The notes under the pieces are model-generated. The model did not search any database. It was not told where the DNA came from and saw only the letters and a program-made list of their open reading frames with translations. From Thermoplasmatales archaeon SG8-52-3 (GTDB lineage Archaea; Thermoplasmatota; E2; DHVEG-1), in contig LSSG01000032.1 in assembly GCA_001595915.1 (NCBI GenBank), positions 23,142 to 87,141 of the forward strand: a stretch of DNA of 64,000 nucleotides, in the 5' to 3' direction. The translations under genes were made by a program, and so were the position numbers. This document shows positions 24,870 to 35,171 of the stretch, one piece after another. The number at the start of each line of letters is the position of its first letter. Within the stretch, counting starts at the first letter, position 1.

Positions 24870-25946
24870 TTAATTGGTATTTATAATCTTAAAACAGTCA
24901 GCCTGAGTAAATCCTGGAATACTTTGGAGATTACTTCCAATAAAAGGTAAACTTGTTATTTCACTCTTAAATAAACGTGGAATTACTATATTCTTAAACG
25001 GTAAATGATTGTAAATTTTTGATAAAATAAACATTCTACTCAAATCTCTTGTGAATCGTTTAAATTCTTGCATTCCTCTTTTTTTAGAAACTATTGTCAT
25101 AGCAGCAATCTTTCCTGAAATTAATGCACTGTTTACTCCAAAACCAAAGAAAGGATCATGAAAACCACTTAATGCACCAGCTAAAACAAAAGTTTTTCCA
25201 TGAATCTTTTTTAATAAACAAATTTTTTCTGGAATATTATCATTAATTATAAACCATTTATTAAACTCCAAATTTTGAGTTTCTTTAAGCTTTTTTTTAA
25301 ATTTTTTAAAATATCTTTCATACGGCTGATTCAGAAAAAAATCTATTTCGGCTGAAACTAAATTTTCTTTTGCAGCAATATATGCATAGCCATAACCGCC
25401 AATATAAGAATCAAAATATGCAAGACAAAAATTTTCCTTATTTCCTTTTTTAATGCAACTATCATAATGAATGAATGGAATATGGCGAAGTTTCAAATGC
25501 TTACTTAAACCTGAAGGATTTCCTGTTGCAATAATTGAATTATCAGGAATTGATTTTATTATATTTGGGTTCAATTGATAAGAAAATTCAAAGTTCACTC
25601 CTTCTCTTTTAGCAATTTTAAATAAATAATAATCAAGCGATGTTTTATTAGGACCACGTTCAGTTAAATAAAGATATTTTGGATCAAATTGGACAATTTT
25701 TGAATATATATATGCTTTAAATTTTTTCAATTCTGAAAAACATGGTTCAACATCAAATCCAATATATTCTTTCATTTTTTTAAAATGAATTGGAGTCATA
25801 TGTACAGATGGGTTACATTTTTCAAGTCCCCCAATTCTTTTCTCTTTTTCAAATACAGTAACGTTATAGCCTTTTCTAGCAAGATTTATTGCAGCAGTTA
25901 AACCAGATAATCCTGCCCCATAAATGTTAATAAATTTTTCCTCCAA
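24870..25946 (-). CDS. FAD/NAD(P)-dependent oxidoreductase (geranylgeranyl-reductase-like fold)
   Basis: 358 aa with an N-terminal dinucleotide-binding motif IYGAGLSGLTAAINLARKGYNVTVFEKE. Confidence 0.6.
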   Translation of the reverse strand: MEEKFINIYGAGLSGLTAAINLARKGYNVTVFEKEKRIGGLEKCNPSVHMTPIHFKKMKEYIGFDVEPCFSELKKFKAYIYSKIVQFDPKYLYLTERGPNKTSLDYYLFKIAKREGVNFEFSYQLNPNIIKSIPDNSIIATGNPSGLSKHLKLRHIPFIHYDSCIKKGNKENFCLAYFDSYIGGYGYAYIAAKENLVSAEIDFFLNQPYERYFKKFKKKLKETQNLEFNKWFIINDNIPEKICLLKKIHGKTFVLAGALSGFHDPFFGFGVNSALISGKIAAMTIVSKKRGMQEFKRFTRDLSRMFILSKIYNHLPFKNIVIPRLFKSEITSLPFIGSNLQSIPGFTQADCFKIINTN

Positions 25947-26068
25947 CTATCATTAAGTTATTATGTTATTATTATTAAAAACCTCTTTAAATAAAAAAAT
26001 TTACATTAACTTATTTTTTTCATTATTAAACAAATGCTTATATCGATGTAATATTTACTTCTAAGATT

Positions 26069-26935
26069 ATGAAGGATAGAAATTCTGAAGATTTCTACCT
26101 AAAAAATTGGACACTTTTAGTAAAATTATTGAGGGTGGATAAAACCAATTGTATACATCATGGTTATTACGAAAAAGGAATTCGAACTCATATACAATCC
26201 GTTCTAAACATGAATGATTTTATAGCTCGCCTTCTTGAAATTAATTCAAATGATAAACAAACTAAAAAGATATTGGATGCAGGATGTGGAATTGGTGGAA
26301 CCGCAATATATCTAGCAAAAAAATATTCTCATATTAATTTTATAGGGATAACAAATGTCTCAAAACATATTGAAATGGCAAAAATTCTTGCAAAAGAAAA
26401 CAATGTAATTTTTAACACAGATTTTATTTTAAAGGATTTTATTAAAACTGGTTTTCCATCTAATCAATTTGATGCAATATATTTACTTGAGTCTTCTTGT
26501 TATGCTTTTAATAAAAACATTTTACTCCACGAAATGTATCGCATTTTAAAACCCGGAGGTGTTCTTGTAATTATTGATGTTTTTCTTACCAATGTTAAGT
26601 TTAATCCGTTTCTTAAGATAATTTATATATGGTTTTGTAAAGGATGGGGGCTTAAAAATCTTATAAAATTAGTGAAATTTAGCGACTCTTTAACAACCGA
26701 GGGTTTTCAAAACATAGAAACTATAGATCTAACAAAGAATGTAATGCGTACAATATTACGAGGAGATATTATTAGTATACCCTATCTATTTTCAACTATA
26801 ATAAATAAAATTATTCAAGGAAAAAATTACCAAATTGAAAAAGACTCAAATTTCCTTGCTATAGTACCAGTTTTAACTTCAATCCTTGGAATTAAAAAAG
26901 CTATTTCATATAATGCTATTACTGCAATTAAATAA
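26069..26935 (+). CDS. Class I SAM-dependent methyltransferase (gamma-tocopherol/sarcosine MTase-like)
   Basis: 288 aa with an HHGYY segment, motif I ILDAGCGIGGTAIYLA, and LKPGGVLVIID. Confidence 0.7.
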   Translation: MKDRNSEDFYLKNWTLLVKLLRVDKTNCIHHGYYEKGIRTHIQSVLNMNDFIARLLEINSNDKQTKKILDAGCGIGGTAIYLAKKYSHINFIGITNVSKHIEMAKILAKENNVIFNTDFILKDFIKTGFPSNQFDAIYLLESSCYAFNKNILLHEMYRILKPGGVLVIIDVFLTNVKFNPFLKIIYIWFCKGWGLKNLIKLVKFSDSLTTEGFQNIETIDLTKNVMRTILRGDIISIPYLFSTIINKIIQGKNYQIEKDSNFLAIVPVLTSILGIKKAISYNAITAIK

Positions 26936-27128
26936 AAAAGGGAATTATAATTTTATCAGTAGAGATGGATTTTTAATCAATTCTAATTGTTTAAAGCAAT
27001 ACTTCTCTTTTAAAATAAGATATATAATTCAAAACAGAGTTAGTTTAAAACTCTAAACAATTGATTTTAACTTATTTTACAATTTTTATTTTTTACAATA
27101 CATTTAAATTTGATTATCCTATTATTAT

Positions 27129-28817
27129 ATGAATATTAAGGGAGGAATAAAAGTGGAAAAAATTATTTCACAAAAGATATTAATTTTTGGAATAATATTG
27201 ATGCTGATATTTTCTTTTGGACCAATGATATCTTCTGGTAATTCAAATATCATTAATAGCAAACAACCAGATATTACCACTAATTTGAATGAAAAAAAAC
27301 AAATTTATTTTTTTGAGGAATCCCAAAATCAGAATGGAGGTTCATTTGAAAAAAAGATAAAAACAGGATATAATTATCCTGAAACCGCCTTTGTATGTGG
27401 ATTTGTATCTGACAAAGACACAGATTTACCTATTGAAAATGTAGAAGTTTTCCTTTTTGGAGAAGATGATGAAGGTAATTATTGGTATAATTATTCATAC
27501 ACAAACACATCTGGGTATTATGGAATGCATACATCAGCAGGATATATTTACTTGAGTTTTTATAGAAATGAATATTTTAGTGAATACATAGACAATATAG
27601 TTATAGATCCTTATGATATATTATGGTTTAATGTTTCTCTAACTCCAATTCCTCCAGTAACGGTTACAGTCTGTGGTTATATTAAAAACAAGATAACCGA
27701 AGAACCTATTCCAAATGTATTTGTAGATCTAGATTGGTATGACGATTATGGGCATTCGTGGGACAATGACTCATATACAAATATTTCTGGATTTTATAAG
27801 ATGGGTGCTCCAGCTGGGGATATTAAAATTGATGCTCATCCAGATGGATATTATTATTGTGAATCAGATTGGTATAATGCTAATGAGAATCAAACAATTT
27901 GGATTAATCTATCATTACAACCAATACCTCCTCAGACTGCTATTGTTTTTGGCTATATTACAGATAAGATGAGTGGTGAACCGATTGAGGATGCTGATAT
28001 TCAACTTTATTGGCGAGATGAAGAAGGTAATTATGATTATAATTATACTGATACAGATGGTTGGGGATTTTATAAAATTTATACCAATCCTGGAAGAATT
28101 AGAATTCGTGCATATAAAACAAATTATGAATATGAATATTCTGAATATTATTGGATTGAAGATAATCAAACAATCTGGATTAATCTCTCATTAAATTTCG
28201 AACCTGATGAAACATTGGCCGCTTGTGGATATGTTGTTGATACTGTTACCCTTGCACCTGTAAAATATGCTTATGTTAGATATGATTGGAAAGATGATGA
28301 AGGTCATATGTACAGTAAATATACACATTGTGATAAAGCAGGATATTATTTTATCAATGTACCTCCTGGCTCAGCACAGTTCCTAATTACAAGTTTTGGT
28401 TACGAAGAATTTGAAACATCTTGGTTTGATTTTAATGAATCAAAAGCTATAACATGGATTAATATCTCAATTTCGCCCCAAATTACAATTCAAATAGATA
28501 AGCCATTACCTGGTCTATATATCAATAATAATCTCAAAACACCATTTCTTTCAAAGATTTTTAAATTTTTAATACCAAATATTAAACCATTAATTATTGG
28601 ACCTATAACAATTGAAGCAAATATAACTAAGAATACTTCAGGTGTTAACCGAGTTGATTTTTATATTGATGGTGTCTTTCAGAAATCAGATAATATTGAA
28701 CCGTACAATTTTACCTGGAATAAAACTGCATTATTTACCCATACGATAAAAGTGATAGCATATGATAATGCAGGTACAATTAATATCAAAACACTAAGGA
28801 TTAGAAGATTAACATAA
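27129..28817 (+). CDS. Secreted protein with four tandem carboxypeptidase-regulatory-like (beta-sandwich) repeats and a C-terminal Ig-like domain
   Basis: 562 aa with a signal/anchor. It has four ~90-aa repeats, each starting hhCGYh.D and ending in a W(I/F)N(L/V/I)S(L/I)xP-type motif (LWFNVSLTPIPP, IWINLSLQPIPP, IWINLSLNFEP, TWINISISP). Confidence 0.6.
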   Translation: MNIKGGIKVEKIISQKILIFGIILMLIFSFGPMISSGNSNIINSKQPDITTNLNEKKQIYFFEESQNQNGGSFEKKIKTGYNYPETAFVCGFVSDKDTDLPIENVEVFLFGEDDEGNYWYNYSYTNTSGYYGMHTSAGYIYLSFYRNEYFSEYIDNIVIDPYDILWFNVSLTPIPPVTVTVCGYIKNKITEEPIPNVFVDLDWYDDYGHSWDNDSYTNISGFYKMGAPAGDIKIDAHPDGYYYCESDWYNANENQTIWINLSLQPIPPQTAIVFGYITDKMSGEPIEDADIQLYWRDEEGNYDYNYTDTDGWGFYKIYTNPGRIRIRAYKTNYEYEYSEYYWIEDNQTIWINLSLNFEPDETLAACGYVVDTVTLAPVKYAYVRYDWKDDEGHMYSKYTHCDKAGYYFINVPPGSAQFLITSFGYEEFETSWFDFNESKAITWINISISPQITIQIDKPLPGLYINNNLKTPFLSKIFKFLIPNIKPLIIGPITIEANITKNTSGVNRVDFYIDGVFQKSDNIEPYNFTWNKTALFTHTIKVIAYDNAGTINIKTLRIRRLT

Positions 28818-28839
28818 AAATCCTTTTTTTTCTTTTATT

Positions 28840-30630
28840 TTAAAAATAGAGATAAAAAATTTTTTTAAGAATTTGAAATCTATCAAGTAAGTTTAAGAAA
28901 GGATTGAAATTTGTTGCTCTATTTCTAAGTGTTTTTAGATAAACTGGTATTATCTCCCAATCTGTAGAATTATCAATATTTTTAATTCTTATAGAACCAA
29001 TAAATTCTTCATTTTTTTTATTAGGTGAAACAACACTTACTTCTACGGTTACTACCCCATCCTCAGGAGTTAGATTTATACCTGATGAAGGATTAATTGA
29101 CCATGTCCCCCAATTAGGTAAAAATTCAATTTCCCAATTAAGTAATGAATCAGAATCACCAATATTCTGGACCTGGAAATAACCATTTGCTATCTCCCCT
29201 GCCTTAATCTCAGTCCATTTTAACAAACCCTCGCAATCAAGATTTGCCCCTATTTCTGGATTACCTGGCGGATAATGCTGTATTGTGAAAACATCATTAG
29301 TAACAAGATTTGGAAATGGATTTTCGTATTGCCAAATTGTTTCTTTATTTGGTGTTACTTCAAAAAAAGTACCTGAAGGACCATTACAAATTAAGGTATT
29401 TCCATTGTATAATCTTTGAGCACCAGATATATGACTTGCAAAAAAGTCAGGGGGATTTTCAGCAGTATATATCCAAACTTGTTCTTCTGGACCATAAGGC
29501 AAACCAGGTTCCAGATAATAAAAACCATTGATATCTACTGGTGGCTCTATTTCATCTACAGAAGAATATTTTGGTTCAGGACGAGTATTACCATTACTAA
29601 AAACAAGAATATTTCCTTGACCTGGATAATTTTTTTCTATCCATCGTGCATCATGTTGATCAAATAGCTTTTGATCTGATTTATTACCTGCATAATATAC
29701 TCTTGGATTGCCCCATCGATATAAAAGATCGCCACCTTTTCCATATCTACCTCCGGTGTGTCCAGTTGATTCCTCAATAGTAGTACTATGGTCAATCACC
29801 CAAATCTCACTAAAACCTCTAACACTCAAAAGTATCTGGTCAAATTCTTTGTTATAATCTATAGAATTTATATGATTCCAGTCACCTGGAACTGGAATTT
29901 GCGGATAATTTATATTAATTAATTCAGGATGATTTGATACATTACCAAAGTTATCCTTTGATGGATCAAAATCCTGAATTAAATGATCCCACACATGCCA
30001 TTCCCATACAATATTACCACCAAAAGGTTCTGTTGGTTCAACTTCAATTATAAAGTCTGGCCAAAGATAATTAAACATTAAATAATTTGGATTTCTTCCT
30101 GCTTCAATAGCCTCATCCCGAGTTTTATACTCCCATGCAGTCATAAGAATATTTCCATTGGGCAATATTTCAATATCATGATGCAAGCAATAAACTTCAT
30201 TAGAATATTCAAATTCCCATAGCAGTGATCCATTCCAGCTGAATTTCTCAACACGTCCAGTAATTCCACCACCCCAAAATGTTGGACTTGTAAAAGGAAG
30301 ATCAGAGCGTAAAATATCTCCATTATCTAATAAATAAACAGACATTCCTTGAATATAATCACTTTTCCACATTTGAAGGATTTCTTCATTGTTATTAATT
30401 AAATATGACATTTTTGAATATTCTGGAGTATACAGAATATATCCGTCAAAACTATCATTATTTAAATTTTCATAAACCATTTTCGCAGAAATATTAGTTG
30501 ATGAATTTGAAAAACTTGATAAGAAGAAAATAAATATTATTCCGATAGTTAAAAATTTCAATATTTTATTCATTAATACAAATTTATCTCCCTTTTTTAT
30601 ATTTATCAATAGTAATATAATTATTAACAA
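28840..30630 (-). CDS. Secreted arylsulfotransferase (ASST)-like beta-propeller protein with a C-terminal beta-sandwich domain and shared tail motif
   Basis: 596 aa; the start is likely ATG 30573 (MNKILKFLTIGIIF...). HHDIEILPNGN, WEWHVWDHL and NHINSIDY are ASST-family hallmarks. It ends ...NFNPFLNLLDRFQILKKIFYLYF. Confidence 0.65.
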   Translation of the reverse strand: MLIIILLLINIKKGDKFVLMNKILKFLTIGIIFIFFLSSFSNSSTNISAKMVYENLNNDSFDGYILYTPEYSKMSYLINNNEEILQMWKSDYIQGMSVYLLDNGDILRSDLPFTSPTFWGGGITGRVEKFSWNGSLLWEFEYSNEVYCLHHDIEILPNGNILMTAWEYKTRDEAIEAGRNPNYLMFNYLWPDFIIEVEPTEPFGGNIVWEWHVWDHLIQDFDPSKDNFGNVSNHPELININYPQIPVPGDWNHINSIDYNKEFDQILLSVRGFSEIWVIDHSTTIEESTGHTGGRYGKGGDLLYRWGNPRVYYAGNKSDQKLFDQHDARWIEKNYPGQGNILVFSNGNTRPEPKYSSVDEIEPPVDINGFYYLEPGLPYGPEEQVWIYTAENPPDFFASHISGAQRLYNGNTLICNGPSGTFFEVTPNKETIWQYENPFPNLVTNDVFTIQHYPPGNPEIGANLDCEGLLKWTEIKAGEIANGYFQVQNIGDSDSLLNWEIEFLPNWGTWSINPSSGINLTPEDGVVTVEVSVVSPNKKNEEFIGSIRIKNIDNSTDWEIIPVYLKTLRNRATNFNPFLNLLDRFQILKKIFYLYF

Positions 30631-30672
30631 TCTATTAATTAAAATAATTTTCTACTAATAATTGATATAATC

Positions 30673-31071
30673 TTAATTTAACTTATTAATCAATATCATA
30701 ATTTCGCTAACATGTTTTTTAATAATTTTTGGTCTTCTATAAATTGATGCAAAACTTTGAAGATTTTTAAGTACTAATAGTAAATTTTCTTTTGTTGGAT
30801 TGTTAAAATCTGCCTTAATCTTGACAAATATATCCTGTACTAATTCCTTTACATGTGATTTTTTCATTTTTTCAAATTTTTTCTCGGGCGGACGACCAAA
30901 AGTTTCTCTTGCTAGTTCAAGGACATTACAATGTGCCTCATAAAAGCATTGAATCATTGCATCTCTAACCAAGATTGGTGTAAAATTTTTTGTAATATCT
31001 ACACCATAAATTATATTTTTATTTTTAGCAGTTCTTTTACCTTCTCTCACAATAACCCCAATATTATACAA
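30673..31071 (-). CDS. Hypothetical protein
   Basis: 132 aa, soluble and helical-looking, with no motif recognised. Codon usage is consistent with its neighbours. Confidence 0.35.
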   Translation of the reverse strand: MYNIGVIVREGKRTAKNKNIIYGVDITKNFTPILVRDAMIQCFYEAHCNVLELARETFGRPPEKKFEKMKKSHVKELVQDIFVKIKADFNNPTKENLLLVLKNLQSFASIYRRPKIIKKHVSEIMILINKLN

Positions 31072-31171
31072 TTTAAATGGCTATATAAAAGTTTCATATT
31101 ACTTTTGTTTATTTAACATCAGAAATATCTAAGATTAAATATAAGTACAATAGATAGTATATATAGTTTCA

Positions 31172-31504
31172 ATGAAGCGTACTCCCTGTGAATACTTATT
31201 GTGGAATTTACTCCCTGCTATTAGAAGTGAAATTGCTAGAAGTATGGTTAATGATTTTGGATTAAATCAAAAAGAAGCAGCAGAGAAATTAGAAATCCAA
31301 CCTGCAGCAGTGTGTATGTATCTTTCTGACAAACGTGGAAAATCAAACATCAATGATAAATCTTTCTTAAAAGAAATTAAGATTTCTGCTGAAAAAATTA
31401 TTAAAAATCAAAATACAGATATTGTTAATGAAACTTGCAGACTCTGTAAAATTATTAGAGCTAAAGGTTTGTTTCCAAACTACCAAATTAAAATTAATGA
31501 TTAA
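31172..31504 (+). CDS. Small helix-turn-helix transcriptional regulator
   Basis: 110 aa. NQKEAAEKLEIQPAAVCMYLSDKRG is an HTH (helix, turn, recognition helix) segment, and there is a C-terminal CRLC pair. Confidence 0.45.
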   Translation: MKRTPCEYLLWNLLPAIRSEIARSMVNDFGLNQKEAAEKLEIQPAAVCMYLSDKRGKSNINDKSFLKEIKISAEKIIKNQNTDIVNETCRLCKIIRAKGLFPNYQIKIND

Positions 31505-31542
31505 AGATTTGGACAACACTTTTTAAAATTAAATTATCAATA

Positions 31543-31764
31543 TTATTTTTTCAGTAAAACAAATACAGCAATAAAATGAGCAATAATTCCTATACCCCAA
31601 CCTATCGTTGTTGTAATAGGCCAAGCAAAACCTTCTCCGTCTGTAATATACCACCATTGTGCATATATTCCAATATTTACTAATATGTAAATTATAAAAT
31701 GAATATAAAAACCTCTTTTTTCTTTAACAATTGTTTTTTCTCCTATCTTTTCTTCATTTAGCAT
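31543..31764 (-). CDS. 2TM-domain membrane protein
   Basis: 73 aa. KRGFYIHFIIYILVNIGIYAQWW...GWGIGIIAHFIAVF matches the 2TM-domain pattern (two Trp/His-rich helices). Confidence 0.5.
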   Translation of the reverse strand: MLNEEKIGEKTIVKEKRGFYIHFIIYILVNIGIYAQWWYITDGEGFAWPITTTIGWGIGIIAHFIAVFVLLKK

Positions 31765-32202
31765 AATTTATTAATTTTTTATTGCTATTTGAGTGTTACT
31801 ATATTTTTAATAAAAATAACATCTGAAAAATAGTTTTTTAAAAAATTATTTTTATAACTAAGTTACAAACTGTTTAAATACTATTAAACATAATTATACA
31901 AAGGTTCTAGTTGATGTAAAAGATTTTACAGATAAAATTAGTTTTTCTGAAATATTTAATTTGGTATCAAGGAATTTACCAAACATTATTAATTATAAAA
32001 TAAACAAGATAGCAATAGTTGATATTAAAGGTCATAGTTTTAATAAAGATTTTTTTGAAAATATTGTATTAAATAGAGGTCATAATGTAAAAATTTTTAC
32101 AGATATAAATAATGCAATTCAGTGGCTTTCTTAAATTTTTTTGTTTTAAATTATTTTTAACAAAATCTATATAATATCTTAATATATTCTCCCATTTAAG
32201 AG

Positions 32203-32628
32203 GTGGTTTCCACGAAAGATATTGTAGAGGAGTTTGGCATTAATGCAGGGAAGGTATGGAATGAGTTAAAAACTCATGGACCTCTAAATGAAAAAGAATT
32301 ATTAAAAAATACAAAACTTGCAAAGAATAATCTATATGCAGCGATAGGTTGGCTTGCCAGAGAAAATAAAATTCAATTAGAAAATAATTTGTATGTTCTT
32401 GGTGACACAAATTTAACAGAAGATATTGGTAAAAGTGCTGGTAAAATATGGCAAACAATTGAAAAACATAAAGAAATTGACGTATCATCTATTCCTAAGC
32501 TTGCAAAATTAAAAGAAATGAAAGTATATAATGCACTAGGTTGGCTTGCAAGAGAAGATAAAATTCAAGTTAAAAAGGGACTTTTAAATACAATGTACTA
32601 TAAAGTTCAATTAAAAAACTACCCTTAA
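32203..32628 (+). CDS. Tandem winged-helix protein (two DUF2582-like wHTH repeats)
   Basis: 141 aa with a GTG start. It has two ~65-aa repeats: GINAGKVWNELKTHGPLNEKELLKNTKL...AIGWLARENKIQL and GKSAGKIWQTIEKHKEIDVSSIPKLAKL...ALGWLAREDKIQV. Confidence 0.55.
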   Translation: MVSTKDIVEEFGINAGKVWNELKTHGPLNEKELLKNTKLAKNNLYAAIGWLARENKIQLENNLYVLGDTNLTEDIGKSAGKIWQTIEKHKEIDVSSIPKLAKLKEMKVYNALGWLAREDKIQVKKGLLNTMYYKVQLKNYP

Positions 32629-33086
32629 ACGATAGGATAGATATCAATTATAAAGAATTATTTATAATGTTTATTTTTACATTTTGACATTTTGTCTCAT
32701 ATATTATTTATAGTATGTTTTAGAAAGTATATCATATGAATAGCTATCATGAGTCGAATCTTGATAGAATTAAAAATACAAAAAAATACGATCCTGAATG
32801 GATTAAGGTGGTAGCTAACGCTCTTTTGGATATTAATATAAATAATTTGTCTGATAGACAGAAAAAGATCAATATTTAGACTATATTAGAGATGGATTAA
32901 AACCAAAAGATGCAATTGATAAAGCTTTACAAATTGTTTTATGTTTTAATAAATAGTATTTTTAAATTTGAAAAAATCCTTAATTTTTTGGATTTTTTTT
33001 TTTGAATTATAGAATATTGACGAATTTTTTTTAGATATTTATTTAAATCTTTCTGATTATAATATATTTATGGGAGTGATATTTGA

Positions 33087-35171
33087 ATGAAAATCTTAAA
33101 AGTTAGAAATGGAATTGTAATAATTATAGTTATTTTGTTTATAGCATCTAGTGTATTTTCAATCGGTAGTGCAAATTTAATAAAAAATGATATAATTTAT
33201 AATAAAAATATTGATTTTCTCTCTTTTCAAGTAAATCCAATATTTACAAAAGAAACCTATATGGTTGAAATGAGGGATGGTATTCATCTTGCAACAGATG
33301 TATATCTACCAGATAATATCTCTTCGCCTCATGGTGCAATTCTAGTACGTACACCTTATAATAAGAACGGTTCTGGTATGGGGGGATGGGCTAACAAAGG
33401 TTGGCCATCTATTGTTCAGGATACAAGAGGACGTTTTCAATCAGAGGGAATTGATACAATATTTAGAGATGCTCATACCGATGGACCTGATACCTTAGAA
33501 TGGATTTCTAGTCAGAATTGGTCAAATGGAAAAGTAGCCACAATAGGGGGGTCAGCTACAGGTATAGTTCAGTATTTAATGGCAGGTGCTGGTCCTGATC
33601 AACTTAAATGCCAATATATAGGAGCGGCGACTCCAAATTTATATACTACAGTTTATCCTGGTGGACAGTTTAGAAAAAATATGTTAGAAGCATGGCTTCA
33701 GAACCAAGGAAGTACATATGTTTTACCAGAATTATGGGCTCATGAGAATTATTCTTTAGAGTATTGGACAAATGTATCTTTAGAGGATAACTGGCAGGAT
33801 GTAAATGTTCCAGCAGTGCATCTCGGTGGATGGTATGATTGTTTTTGTCAGGGACTTATTGATGGTTTTATGGGATATCAATATGATGGTGGAACTGGTG
33901 CTGCTGGGAAGTCAAAGCTAATTGTTGGTCCATGGACGCATGCATTTTTTGGAGAGAGATTGCAGGGTGAACTTTTATATCCAGAAAATGCAAAAGACAC
34001 CTTTTCAGCTGAATATTGGGATGAAATACTTGAACAATACATATTAGGTGAATCTAATGACTTTGAAAATAGACCAAATGTTGTATATTATGTAATGGGA
34101 GATGTGACAAATAGCGAAGCACTTGGAAACTTCTGGAGATATACCGATAATTGGCCTCCAGAATATATTGAAGATGAATGGTATTTTCATGAAAATAAGA
34201 TTTTATCATTGGATAGTCCAGGAAGCTACAGTCCTTTAACTTATAGTTATAACCCAACAAACCCTGTCCCAACAAAAGGTGGAACAAATCTATATCCTCT
34301 TGCTCCAACCTGGGCAGGTCCTTATGATCAAAGATCAGTTGAAAATAGAGCCGATGTATTATTATTTACTAGTGATGTTTTAACAGAACCTTATGAAGCT
34401 ACTGGTCCAATAAAAGCAAGACTATATGTTTCATCAGATTGTCCAGATACTGATTTTACAGTAAAGCTCACAGATGTTTATCCAGATGGAAGATCAATGC
34501 TTATAACAGACGGAATACTACGAATGAGAAACCGCAATGGATGTGATCATTGGGAGTTTATGGAACCTGGTCAAGTATATGAAGTGGAAGTTGATTTGTG
34601 GAGTACCTCCTATGTTTGGAACACTGGTCATAAGATAAGAGTAGCAGTATCATCATCAAATTATCCAAGATTCTTAGCAAATCCTAATACCAAAGATGCA
34701 ATGAACCAAAATACAGAATCAAATATTGCAGAAAACACATTGTATCTTGATTCCTCTCATCCTTCTTGTATAATTCTCCCTCGTTATAATGACAATTATG
34801 CCCCTATTAAACCAACAATTTCTGGACCTACGAGAGGTGTACCTGGAATAAATTATTCATTTATTTTCAAAACAATAGATCCAGAAGGTGAAGATGTATA
34901 CTTGTATATCGATTGGGGAGATGGCACAAATACAAATTGGTTAGGACCATATAGTTCAGGTGAAGAAGTAACTCTTGAACATACTTGGAGTTCAACAAAA
35001 ATCTATACAATTAAAGCAAAGGCAAAAGATATAAATCAAGATGAATGTGAATTTAGCAGTCATAATATAAATATCCCAAGAACGAGATTGTTTAATAAAT
35101 TGGTTCTCACAAGGTTATTTGAGCAATTTCCAAATATCTTTACTATAATTAGATATCTATTGGGATTATAA
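33087..35171 (+). CDS. Secreted CocE/NonD-family (S15 X-Pro dipeptidyl-peptidase-like) hydrolase with a C-terminal PKD-like domain and shared tail motif
   Basis: 694 aa with a signal/anchor. YMVEMRDGIHLATDVYLP...ILVRTPYNK is the CocE/NonD N-terminus. A PKD-like module contains YIDWGDGT. It ends ...LFEQFPNIFTIIRYLLGL. Confidence 0.75.
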   Translation: MKILKVRNGIVIIIVILFIASSVFSIGSANLIKNDIIYNKNIDFLSFQVNPIFTKETYMVEMRDGIHLATDVYLPDNISSPHGAILVRTPYNKNGSGMGGWANKGWPSIVQDTRGRFQSEGIDTIFRDAHTDGPDTLEWISSQNWSNGKVATIGGSATGIVQYLMAGAGPDQLKCQYIGAATPNLYTTVYPGGQFRKNMLEAWLQNQGSTYVLPELWAHENYSLEYWTNVSLEDNWQDVNVPAVHLGGWYDCFCQGLIDGFMGYQYDGGTGAAGKSKLIVGPWTHAFFGERLQGELLYPENAKDTFSAEYWDEILEQYILGESNDFENRPNVVYYVMGDVTNSEALGNFWRYTDNWPPEYIEDEWYFHENKILSLDSPGSYSPLTYSYNPTNPVPTKGGTNLYPLAPTWAGPYDQRSVENRADVLLFTSDVLTEPYEATGPIKARLYVSSDCPDTDFTVKLTDVYPDGRSMLITDGILRMRNRNGCDHWEFMEPGQVYEVEVDLWSTSYVWNTGHKIRVAVSSSNYPRFLANPNTKDAMNQNTESNIAENTLYLDSSHPSCIILPRYNDNYAPIKPTISGPTRGVPGINYSFIFKTIDPEGEDVYLYIDWGDGTNTNWLGPYSSGEEVTLEHTWSSTKIYTIKAKAKDINQDECEFSSHNINIPRTRLFNKLVLTRLFEQFPNIFTIIRYLLGL

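Noticed and set aside
31862-32134. An open frame encoding ...KVLVDVKDFTDKISFSEIFNLVSRNLPNIINYKINKIAIVDIKGHSFNKDFFENIVLNRGHNVKIFTDINNAIQWLS, vaguely STAS/receiver-like.
   Set aside because: There is no in-frame ATG, GTG or TTG anywhere in the open frame, and the similarity is only impressionistic. It is possibly a gene remnant and is not called.
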